Assembly: GCA_001829415.1 (NCBI GenBank)
Contig: MIBE01000070.1
Coordinates: 45,041-109,040, forward strand
From: Spirochaetes bacterium GWF1_51_8
GTDB lineage: Bacteria > Spirochaetota > Brevinematia > Brevinematales > GWF1-51-8
Direction: 5' to 3'
DNA length: 64,000 nt
Positions 41,131 to 48,861 of the stretch are shown here, piece by piece. Below the pieces are notes generated by a model. It saw only the letters and a list, made by a program, of their open reading frames with translations. It was not told where the DNA came from and ran no database searches. A program made the translations under genes and the position numbers. Position 1 is the stretch's first letter; every line of letters starts with the position of its first letter.

Positions 41131-41880
41131 TTACTCCTTGTACTCGTCTTTGTACACTCCCGGCGGGAACGCCGCCGCGAGGACATCAGTGACATGTTTA
41201 TTGGAATCGACGGGGGTCATTTTCCAGTTCGTGTTGCAGTTCGAAAGAACCTCCACGAAGCTGTAGCCTTTCCCCTCGATCTGGAGTTTGAACGCTTTCA
41301 GGATGGCTTTCTTAGTCTCGCGCACTCCCTTGACATCGGCGACCGTAGTCCGCACCGCGTACTTCACTGCGGTCAGGTTCGAGATCAGTTCCGCCATCCG
41401 GATCGGATACCCCTCGGTCAACGGGTTTCTCCCCGAGGCCGTCGTGGTCGTGACCTGTCCCACAAGTGTGGTCGGAGCCATCTGGCCCCCGGTCATCCCG
41501 TAGTTCGCGTTATTGATAAAGATCACCGTGATATTCTCGCCCCTGTTCGCGGCATGGATCGTTTCACCCATCCCGATGGAAGCAAGATCGCCGTCGCCCT
41601 GGTAGGAGATGACGAGGTGATCGGGCATGGCGCGTTTGATACCGGTAGCGACCGCCGCCGCGCGCCCGTGAGCCGCCTCGCAGACGTCGAAGTCGAAATA
41701 GTCGTAAGCGCTGACCGCGCATCCGACCGGGGCAATTCCGATCGTTTTCTCGCGCATCCCCAGTTCGTCGACAGCCTCGCAGATCAGGCGGTGCACCGTG
41801 CCGTGACCGCACCCGGGACAATAATGCAGGCGGATATCGACCATACTCTCGGGACGTTCGTATATTACATTTTGCGTCAT
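41131..41880 (-). CDS. 2-oxoacid:ferredoxin oxidoreductase, beta (TPP-binding) subunit
   Basis: 'HYCPGCGHGTVHRLI' and 'SYQGDGDLASIGMGETIHAANRGENITVIFINNANYGMTGGQ'. Confidence 0.9.
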   Translation of the reverse strand: MTQNVIYERPESMVDIRLHYCPGCGHGTVHRLICEAVDELGMREKTIGIAPVGCAVSAYDYFDFDVCEAAHGRAAAVATGIKRAMPDHLVISYQGDGDLASIGMGETIHAANRGENITVIFINNANYGMTGGQMAPTTLVGQVTTTTASGRNPLTEGYPIRMAELISNLTAVKYAVRTTVADVKGVRETKKAILKAFKLQIEGKGYSFVEVLSNCNTNWKMTPVDSNKHVTDVLAAAFPPGVYKDEYKE

Positions 41881-41887
41881 AGTATCC

Positions 41888-42943
41888 TCACTTCAGCAGC
41901 GCTTTCATGCGCTTGTAAATCTCGGCCTCGCTCGGGAAGTATCCGCCGAGTTCGCCGTAGAACTCCACTTGGATTTTACATTCGACAGCCAGCCGCACAT
42001 CTTCCACCATCTGCCCCGCGCTCATTTCGACGGTCAGGATTTTTTTCACGCCCTTTCCGGCGAGTTCGGCGATCCGTTTGTACGGGAACGGGTAAAGCGT
42101 GATCGGCCGGAACAGTCCGACCTTGTGGCCTTCGCCCCGCATATGCTCGATGACGTCGCGCGAAATTCTCGACGACAGGCCGTATGCGATAATAACCGCT
42201 TCGGCGTCTTCGGTGAGGTATTCCTCGTAACGGATCTCGTTCTTTTCGATCTCGCGGTATTTTGCTTGAAGTTTGTCATTATTGAGCGGGACTCCGTCCT
42301 GGTCGAGCCAGAGAGAACGGATGACGTTCTTCGGGCGGTCTTTGCACCCGGTGAGCGCCCACGGTTTCGACGGGAAGTTCGGCTTGTAGTCGTCGCGGAC
42401 TTCCACCGATTCCATCATGAGGCCGATCACCCCGTCGGACAGGATCAAGCTGGGAGTGCGGTATTTGTCGGCGAGTTCGAAGCCGAGGATGGCGAAATCC
42501 ATCATTTCCTGCGGGGAGTTCGGGGCGAGGACGATCGTGTGATAGTCGCCGTGACCGCCGCCCTTCGTCGCCTGGAAATAGTCCGCCTGGCTGGCGTTGA
42601 TATTCCCGAGACCCGGCCCGCCGCGCTGGACGTTCGCCAGAAGGCAGGGGAGATGGCATGCCGCGAGGTACGAGACCCCTTCCTGCATCAGGCTGAATCC
42701 CGGCGAAGAAGTCGTGGTCATCGCGCGTGCACCTGTCGACGCGGCGCCCAGCACCATATTGATCGACGCGAGCTCGCTTTCGGCCTGTACGAATGTTCCG
42801 CCTATTTCAGGCAGACGGGACGACATATATTCGGGGATTTCATTCTGGGGCGTGATCGGGTAGCCGAAATAGAAACGGCATCCCGCGATAACAGCGCCCT
42901 CGGCAAGGGCGATATTCCCTTTCATCATGACTCTTTTCGACAT
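41888..42943 (-). CDS. 2-oxoacid:ferredoxin oxidoreductase, alpha subunit
   Basis: The start is set at the ATG overlapping the delta-subunit stop (TGATG), after a GGAGGGGG RBS. 'KGNIALAEGAVIAGCRFYFGYPITPQNEI'. Confidence 0.9.
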   Translation of the reverse strand: MSKRVMMKGNIALAEGAVIAGCRFYFGYPITPQNEIPEYMSSRLPEIGGTFVQAESELASINMVLGAASTGARAMTTTSSPGFSLMQEGVSYLAACHLPCLLANVQRGGPGLGNINASQADYFQATKGGGHGDYHTIVLAPNSPQEMMDFAILGFELADKYRTPSLILSDGVIGLMMESVEVRDDYKPNFPSKPWALTGCKDRPKNVIRSLWLDQDGVPLNNDKLQAKYREIEKNEIRYEEYLTEDAEAVIIAYGLSSRISRDVIEHMRGEGHKVGLFRPITLYPFPYKRIAELAGKGVKKILTVEMSAGQMVEDVRLAVECKIQVEFYGELGGYFPSEAEIYKRMKALLK

Positions 42944-43176
42944 CAGTCCCCCTCCTTTGTGATACGAATAACGGCGTCGGGACAGATGATCGCGCACATT
43001 TTACAGCCCGTACATTTGTCGGAACCCGGGGTTTCGGCGTAGAGCCAACCCATAGAGTTAACAGCGTGCCCCATTTGCAACACGTCCTTGGGACACACTT
43101 CCACACACAGGGCGCAGCCCTTGCATTTCTCTGTGTCTACCTTGACAACGAATCTCAAAGAATCCTCCGGTAACAT
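42943..43176 (-). CDS. 2-oxoacid:ferredoxin oxidoreductase, delta (2x[4Fe-4S] ferredoxin) subunit
   Basis: 'CKGCALCVEVCP' and 'CTGCKMCAIICP'. The start codon is uncertain, with candidate ATGs at 43188 and 43176. Confidence 0.75.
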   Translation of the reverse strand: MLPEDSLRFVVKVDTEKCKGCALCVEVCPKDVLQMGHAVNSMGWLYAETPGSDKCTGCKMCAIICPDAVIRITKEGD

Positions 43177-43282
43177 GCAAGACGGCATGTTTGTTTTTTC
43201 GAATCGAAACAAAAAAACAATTGGGTAATCCAAGCATGCCAAAAAATGAAAGGAATAAAGAATAATAAAATCTTTAAAAATA

Positions 43283-43311
43283 ATTATGACTCAGCTTAAA
43301 AAAAAAGTCAA
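43283..43311 (-). promoter_or_regulatory. Possible sigma70-type promoter of the oxidoreductase operon
   Basis: On the minus strand: TTGACT (43311-43306), 17 nt, CATAAT (43288-43283), in an AT-rich spacer. Confidence 0.4.
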
Positions 43312-43622
43312 TGCTCAGCCCGATTTTTTAAAAATCCGCCGAGCTTATCGAGCAGGACCCGCCATCCTTCTTCGGCCGCCGGGACGCTCTCGGCGATCAT
43401 TCCCCATCCCGGACTTAGCTCGATCCTCGCCGCCGGGATGACCGCGTCGTCGTCTATCCCGCGGAAGAACGACCACCGTTTGCCGTAGATTTCGCAAAAC
43501 TGCGTCCTGATCCCGAACACGTCGAGAATCAGTTCCGCCGCCATGGAGAGCAGTTCGCCCAAAGGCGAGCTCGAAGCAAAAAGCGCATCCAGCCTGTCAG
43601 ATATAGAGGTCGCGTTCGCCAT
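43308..43622 (-). CDS. 104-aa protein of unknown function, overlapping the hydG 3' end
   Basis: The ATG at 43622 lies 26 nt inside hydG and is preceded by an AAGGA RBS-like sequence. No motif recognised. Confidence 0.5.
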   Translation of the reverse strand: MANATSISDRLDALFASSSPLGELLSMAAELILDVFGIRTQFCEIYGKRWSFFRGIDDDAVIPAARIELSPGWGMIAESVPAAEEGWRVLLDKLGGFLKNRAEH

Positions 43623-45090
43623 CGGTGATCCTTTTTAGGTAGTCGTCGAACGTCGCGAGGAGCTTCTTATTCTGGTAAAACGGATCGTTCTTGATCTGAT
43701 CTATCTCTTTCAATATTACTTTCTCGGAAGCGCGGATAGTCTCGCCGCTCGCGAAGTCGTCGAGCCATTCCTTATATGTCAGTACCGCGTTCAGCTTGCA
43801 GAACTTGCCCTCGACGCCGGACTTGAGGAGCTTCATGATCTTGTCGCCGGTGCGGCCGCAACGGTACCCGGCGGTGCAGAACGACGTGATGAGCCCCATA
43901 TCCGCGAATTCGCGCACGACTTCGTCAAGGCTCCGTGTGTCGCCGAGGATGAACTGCTGATTATCCGCTTCCTGCTCGAGCGGCGTCTCGCTGTACGCCC
44001 CGATCCCTATCCGGGTGGATGCGTCGGTCTGTGTGCAGCCGAGCGGAATGATCTTCCGGCGCATTTCGGCGGACTCGCGGGCCGTCACGATCATCCCGGC
44101 GTAGGGGATAGACAGGCGGATCGCGATCACGAGCTTGCGGAAGTCGTCGTCGGTCACACGGTAGGGCGACTGGCTGTGCAGTCCGTTACCCTCGGCGGGA
44201 TTGAGCCTCGGGAACGACACGGTATGCGGGCCGATCCCGAAACGGTTCTCGAGGTCGATGGCGTGATAGACCATTCCCATCACCTCGAAACGCCAGTCGT
44301 AGAGGCCGAAGAGCGCGCCGATAGCGACATCGTCGATACCCGCGTCGAGCGCCCGGTGGAGCGCATAGAGACGCCAGCGGTAATCCGCCTTTATCCCCGA
44401 CGGGTGCAGTTCGGCGTAACGGCCGTGATGGTATGTTTCCTGAAATACCTGAAATGTGCCGATCCCGGCCTTCCAGAGTTTTTTAAAGTTTTCGATAGAC
44501 ATAGGGGCGGCGTTGATATTCGCGCGCCGGATTTGTGCGCTGCCGTGGCGCGTTTTCACGCTCACACTGTACACCGCTTCGATCGTTTCGGCGATATATT
44601 CGGCGTCCGACGACGGGTGCTCGCCGTACACCATAATCAGGCGCTTGTGCCCGATCTTCGCGATCGCTTCGGCTTCTTTCTTCACTTCATCGATAGTGAG
44701 GGTGCGGCGGCGTTCCTTTTCGTTGCCGGTGCGGAATCCGCAATACAGGCAGTTGTTCACGCAGAGGTTGCTGCAATAGAGCGGCGCGAACGTGATGATC
44801 CGGTTGTCGTACACCTTTCGTTTGACATCGCCGGCGGCTTGGGCCATTTCTTCCCACAAGTCCTCGTCAGTGACGTTGAGGATAGCGGCGGTTTCGTCCG
44901 GGTCGAGCCGTTCGATCGCGCGGGCCTTCGTGATAATATCGCGGATGCGCGATTTCTCCGGGTTGCGGTTCGCCGCGATCCGTTCGAATATCCCGCCGTC
45001 GTTGATGAAGTCTTTTCCGCCGGTCAGGTACTTATCGATCTCGTTCTGCTTAATTGTGCCGCGCATGAATTCCTTGACTGTCCGAACCAT
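43597..45090 (-). CDS. hydG: [FeFe]-hydrogenase H-cluster radical SAM maturase HydG (ThiH/HydG family)
   Basis: 497 aa. 'CSNLCVNNCLYCGFR' CX3CX2C motif. Its length and the C-terminal Cys-containing extension 'SFCTAGYRCGRTGDKIMKLLKSGVEGKFCKLNA' favour HydG over ThiH. Confidence 0.85.
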   Translation of the reverse strand: MVRTVKEFMRGTIKQNEIDKYLTGGKDFINDGGIFERIAANRNPEKSRIRDIITKARAIERLDPDETAAILNVTDEDLWEEMAQAAGDVKRKVYDNRIITFAPLYCSNLCVNNCLYCGFRTGNEKERRRTLTIDEVKKEAEAIAKIGHKRLIMVYGEHPSSDAEYIAETIEAVYSVSVKTRHGSAQIRRANINAAPMSIENFKKLWKAGIGTFQVFQETYHHGRYAELHPSGIKADYRWRLYALHRALDAGIDDVAIGALFGLYDWRFEVMGMVYHAIDLENRFGIGPHTVSFPRLNPAEGNGLHSQSPYRVTDDDFRKLVIAIRLSIPYAGMIVTARESAEMRRKIIPLGCTQTDASTRIGIGAYSETPLEQEADNQQFILGDTRSLDEVVREFADMGLITSFCTAGYRCGRTGDKIMKLLKSGVEGKFCKLNAVLTYKEWLDDFASGETIRASEKVILKEIDQIKNDPFYQNKKLLATFDDYLKRITDGERDLYI

Positions 45091-45118
45091 GAATAAGCTC
45101 CCATAATCCTATGAATAC

Positions 45119-45147
45119 AGTATAATAAAAATCGCCGGTTTTGTCAA
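45119..45147 (-). promoter_or_regulatory. sigma70-type promoter of hydG
   Basis: On the minus strand: TTGACA (45147-45142), 17 nt, TATACT (45124-45119). Confidence 0.6.
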
Positions 45148-45162
45148 AGCCCCGGCGGGGAA

Positions 45163-47079
45163 TTATTTCACATACACCCCGGCGGACGAGATGTTGCCGA
45201 TCACATCGCTGATCGCAAACTGTACGAACGACGGCGACGGAACGGCGATCTTGACCGCGAACTTCTCGGTCTTCGAGTCGAGGATACCGTCGACGGGAAG
45301 GATGTTGATCCATTCCGCGCCGTTGATACTGTAACGCGCCTTGAACACCGGCAGGAGGCTGTCCGCCGCATGGAACGTGAACACATACATCCCGCCCTCG
45401 GGTTTCACTTCTATCGGCGAGACGACGGGCGCGGCTGAGTCTACATAGAAACTTTCGCCGAGAATCAGGTTGGTCTTGCCGCCGGATGCGGGATTGGAAC
45501 GTTCGTCGCTCACTATCACCTTCGTCCGGTAGAGTCCGTCGGGGAACGCCTTGTATTCGATATCGTAGCTGGGGTTCTTGAGAGGAGAAGGATTTAGTTT
45601 AACCCATCCCTTTTCGCCCATCGCGATATAGAGGTCGTAGATCAGTTCGTCGTTATTGCCGTCGGCCGCTTCCCATTTTATATTGACGAATGTTTCGGAA
45701 TACTTATAGGTCAGGCTTTTAAACTGCGGCGGCAGGTTCCATTCGACATACGGGATATTGACTTCCTTCATAAACGGAGTGTACTTGCCGTCCGAGGTGA
45801 GTTTGACCATGTACTGGATGAACCGCGCGGGGCCGCATGCGATCTTATCCTTGAGGCTCTTCCATTCGCCCCAGTACTCCGTCTCCTCGACCGCGCCGGA
45901 CCGGAACAGGAACTTGATATCGGTACCGGGCATTAGTTCCTTCTCGATAATCGGCGTGCCCCATTCGGAAACGACGGCGGCGTCGAAGATATCCGAGGTG
46001 TATGTCCCTTCCTTCGCGTAGCCTTCTTCGATCTTGACTATTTCCGACGGGAGCAGGAGTATCGCGAGAAGCCCGTCCTTCGTCTCGAGGAATTTCAGGA
46101 ATTTACCCTTGCCGAGCGAGGTGTATTTCACACGTGTGTAGTCGGTATTCAGCTCGAAATATCCGCCGCGTTCGTCAGTCCCGATGATAAGCGAATTTTT
46201 CAGGTGGGAGACCGCGATAAAACGGATGCCGCTCTTTTCGAACACCTTCTGGAATGCGCCGTTGGGATGCACCCTGTACAGTACGCTCATCGTGTTCGGG
46301 TCGGGGTTTTGCCCCTTGCCCTGCGACATCTTCAGAATGTTGTAGTCCATATAGAGGTCTTTGCTCGACGTCGTCACATAGAGGTACCCGTCGAAGTAGT
46401 CGAACCCGGTCACGGCGTTATCGAACGCGATCATCGCGACGGCCTTCTGCCCGTCGAGCTTATAGAGCGCTTTTTCACCGCAGAAGTAGAGGGTATCGTT
46501 GACGATCTTCCCGTAGATGATATTGTCTTCGAACTCGAGCTTGACCGAGAATTTAATCTCGTCATTTTCGATATAGTAAACCATCGCGGGATCGCCCGCG
46601 AGAGCGTAGTATCCCTTGCCGGACGGCACGATCTTCCAGATATAAGTGTTGTCGAACTCGATGGTTTTCACGGGTGTGTATGCCGGGTCGAGCACGACGA
46701 TCTTGGCGTCGGGGATAGCGGAAACAGTGATGCCGCTCGCGGAAATATAGATATCAGTGAAGAATAGATGTTTCGGGAGAGAGAAAACCTCTTTGGACTC
46801 GCCGTTCTTGAGGAAGACGAGCGAAGCGGAATCGCCGGTACCCATCAGGTAACCGCCGTCATGCTGCACGAGGCTCCAGATCAGCTTGTCGGTCTTATAG
46901 ATCGAACTGTAGGCATGAGCGAGCTCGATGCCGGAGTTCTGCACGAGGCAGACGTTGGAAAGCTGGTAATTCGCCACGTCGTCGAATTTATAATCGGAAA
47001 GGTATTTGGACGTGACCGCGAAAAGCGCGGCCAGTCCGCCGAGCACGAAAAGCGCGGCGAGAGTTAAGCGAAGCCTCAT
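45163..47079 (-). CDS. 638-aa exported/anchored beta-rich protein with Ig/Fn3-like C-terminal region, function unknown
   Basis: N-terminal hydrophobic anchor 'LRLTLAALFVLGGLAALFAV'. Repetitive beta-strand-like segments and a C-terminal 'FVNIKWEAADGNNDELIYDLY' Fn3-like stretch. GGAGGAA RBS. Confidence 0.7.
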   Translation of the reverse strand: MRLRLTLAALFVLGGLAALFAVTSKYLSDYKFDDVANYQLSNVCLVQNSGIELAHAYSSIYKTDKLIWSLVQHDGGYLMGTGDSASLVFLKNGESKEVFSLPKHLFFTDIYISASGITVSAIPDAKIVVLDPAYTPVKTIEFDNTYIWKIVPSGKGYYALAGDPAMVYYIENDEIKFSVKLEFEDNIIYGKIVNDTLYFCGEKALYKLDGQKAVAMIAFDNAVTGFDYFDGYLYVTTSSKDLYMDYNILKMSQGKGQNPDPNTMSVLYRVHPNGAFQKVFEKSGIRFIAVSHLKNSLIIGTDERGGYFELNTDYTRVKYTSLGKGKFLKFLETKDGLLAILLLPSEIVKIEEGYAKEGTYTSDIFDAAVVSEWGTPIIEKELMPGTDIKFLFRSGAVEETEYWGEWKSLKDKIACGPARFIQYMVKLTSDGKYTPFMKEVNIPYVEWNLPPQFKSLTYKYSETFVNIKWEAADGNNDELIYDLYIAMGEKGWVKLNPSPLKNPSYDIEYKAFPDGLYRTKVIVSDERSNPASGGKTNLILGESFYVDSAAPVVSPIEVKPEGGMYVFTFHAADSLLPVFKARYSINGAEWINILPVDGILDSKTEKFAVKIAVPSPSFVQFAISDVIGNISSAGVYVK

Positions 47080-47321
47080 GGGTTCCTCCTTCCATATAGC
47101 TTAAATCAAAAACGCAAGTTCGGCAAGTTATTATTGGGCGGTTCTAAAAACCCCAAATATTATTAACACGTGAGGTAGTGTGAACAATAATATCACCCAA
47201 TAGGCACTACCTTGGCTTCCTTCAAGGAGGTTGGCGAGGGGGTAAAATAAACTTTCCGGGGGCATTGACAATGGAACGTCCGCCCTTCTTCTTGAAAAAG
47301 GGTTTTACGGAAAAACTTCAT

Positions 47322-47353
47322 TTTTTTATAACCGCCGATTGTGAAAAACGCTC
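47322..47353. repeat. 32-bp perfect direct repeat, left copy (flanks the DUF433/DUF5615 module)
   Basis: ttttttataaccgccgattgtgaaaaacgctc, identical to 48071-48102. Confidence 0.9.
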
Positions 47354-47407
47354 AACACTAGGCGCGGCTCGATATGGAATGCGGCGGGAAATTAAAGCCG
47401 ATTATTC

Positions 47408-47436
47408 TTGAATATTAGTCCCGGGATGTGTATAAT
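47408..47436 (+). promoter_or_regulatory. sigma70-type promoter of the DUF433/DUF5615 module
   Basis: TTGAAT (47408-47413), 17 nt, TATAAT (47431-47436), with TGT immediately upstream (extended -10). Confidence 0.6.
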
Positions 47437-47467
47437 TTATATATATTACGGATTTTATGAGGACGAT

Positions 47468-47701
47468 ATGGTAAAAAAATGGGTGATTTCCGACCCTTCG
47501 GTAATGATGGGTAAACCGCTCATTAGAGGAACGAGGATTACCGTGGAACATATACTTGAGAAAATGTCCGCTGGGGAAACGATTGAGCAGGTTCTCTCGG
47601 CGCATCCATCCCTCACAAAACAAGCCGTCCTTGCCGCTTTGGAATTCGCCGCGGAAGCATTGAAAGCGGATGTGGTGTACCCGATCGGAGCAGGGAAGTA
47701 A
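47468..47701 (+). CDS. DUF433-family antitoxin-like protein
   Basis: 'GKPLIRGTRITVEHILEKMSAGETIEQVLSAHPSLTKQAVLAALEFA' is the DUF433 signature. The start follows a GAGGA RBS. Confidence 0.8.
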   Translation: MVKKWVISDPSVMMGKPLIRGTRITVEHILEKMSAGETIEQVLSAHPSLTKQAVLAALEFAAEALKADVVYPIGAGK

Positions 47702-48051
47702 TGAGGATTCTTGCCGATGAAAACATCGATGCTCAACTGGTTCTCGAACTTAGGAATCTGGGGGAAGATGTTGTTTTTATCGCCGAATTGAATCCCGGAA
47801 TCAAAGATCAGGAAGTGTTCGATATCGCCTCCGTTGAAAAAAGAATTCTACTCACTTCGGATAAGGATTTCGGTGAAATCGTGTTTCGACAGAAAAAAAT
47901 CACCGAGGGAGTGATTCTCCTGCGATTGAGCGGATTGAGTATCTCGAACAAAATCTCGAAGTTATTGACGCTTATCAAGGATCACAAACCGGAAATACCG
48001 CACTCATTTTCCGTAGTAACAAAAAACAATATTCGTATCAGAAGAAGATAA
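47701..48051 (+). CDS. DUF5615-family (PIN-like) toxin-like protein
   Basis: 'MRILADENIDAQLVLELRNLGEDVVFI...LLTSDKDFGEIV'. The start overlaps the DUF433 stop (TAATG). Confidence 0.8.
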   Translation: MRILADENIDAQLVLELRNLGEDVVFIAELNPGIKDQEVFDIASVEKRILLTSDKDFGEIVFRQKKITEGVILLRLSGLSISNKISKLLTLIKDHKPEIPHSFSVVTKNNIRIRRR

Positions 48052-48070
48052 TAATTACAAAAACATTTTC

Positions 48071-48102
48071 TTTTTTATAACCGCCGATTGTGAAAAACGC
48101 TC
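48071..48102. repeat. 32-bp perfect direct repeat, right copy
   Basis: Identical to 47322-47353. It contains the -35 of the downstream GT2 promoter. Confidence 0.9.
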
Positions 48103-48116
48103 TGATATGTTACAAT
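48088..48116 (+). promoter_or_regulatory. sigma70-type promoter of the GT2 gene
   Basis: TTGTGA (48088-48093), 17 nt, TACAAT (48111-48116), with an extended -10 TGT. Confidence 0.6.
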
Positions 48117-48144
48117 ACTCCATTGAAAAATAAAGGAGCATCCC

Positions 48145-48861
48145 TTGAAAGGACTCGTCATCATACCGACCTATAACGAGCTTGAAAACGTCCCGTTGAT
48201 CGTGCCGGAAATCCTCAAGCAGGATAAAGAGCTCGACGTCCTGATCGTGGACGACGGATCGCCTGACGGTACCGGGGCGAAAGTGAAGGAAATGATGACG
48301 AAGAACAAACGTCTTCACATCCTCGAACGCGAAAAGAAGTCCGGGCTCGGACGCGCTTATATCGCGGGATTCCGATGGTCGCTCGAGAACGGCTACGACT
48401 ATGTGATCGAGATGGACGCGGACTTCTCGCACGACCCGAACGAGCTCCATCTGCTGATCGAGGCGATGCGGAACGGGCGCGACGCCGTGTTCGGCTCACG
48501 TTATATCGGCGGTGTCAGGGTGCTCAACTGGGACATGAAGCGCCTGATCCTGAGCGCGATGGGCAACTCTTACGCGCGTTTCGCCACCGGGGTCAAGCTG
48601 ACCGACCTGACCGGCGGGTACAACCTCTACACCCGCAAGGTGCTCGAGGGACTCAATCTCGATAGGATTACATCGAACGGCTACTCGTTCCAGATAGAGA
48701 TGAAGTCGAAATCGGTATTCAAGAAATTTTCGGTGGAAGAAGTGCCGATCATTTTCAGGGATCGTTCGCACGGCTCCACCAAGATGAGCGGCGGGATTGT
48801 CAATGAAGCGCTGTTCAAGTGCTGGAGAATCCGTTTCGATAAGTGGTTCAAGAAGTACTAG
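48145..48861 (+). CDS. Polyprenol-phosphate mannosyl/glycosyltransferase (GT2, Dpm1-like)
   Basis: TTG start after an AAGGAG RBS. 'VIIPTYNELENVPLIV', 'VLIVDDGSPDGT' and 'EMDADFSHDP'. Confidence 0.85.
   Translation: MKGLVIIPTYNELENVPLIVPEILKQDKELDVLIVDDGSPDGTGAKVKEMMTKNKRLHILEREKKSGLGRAYIAGFRWSLENGYDYVIEMDADFSHDPNELHLLIEAMRNGRDAVFGSRYIGGVRVLNWDMKRLILSAMGNSYARFATGVKLTDLTGGYNLYTRKVLEGLNLDRITSNGYSFQIEMKSKSVFKKFSVEEVPIIFRDRSHGSTKMSGGIVNEALFKCWRIRFDKWFKKY

Noticed and set aside
47322-48102. Integron gene cassette or IS/MITE as the explanation for the repeat-flanked TA module
   Set aside because: The 32-mers are direct and not inverted. They lack recognisable attC R''/R' cores (RYYYAAC/GTTRRRY). 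No intI, transposase or terminal inverted repeats are present. The module is kept as an unexplained repeat-flanked cassette.
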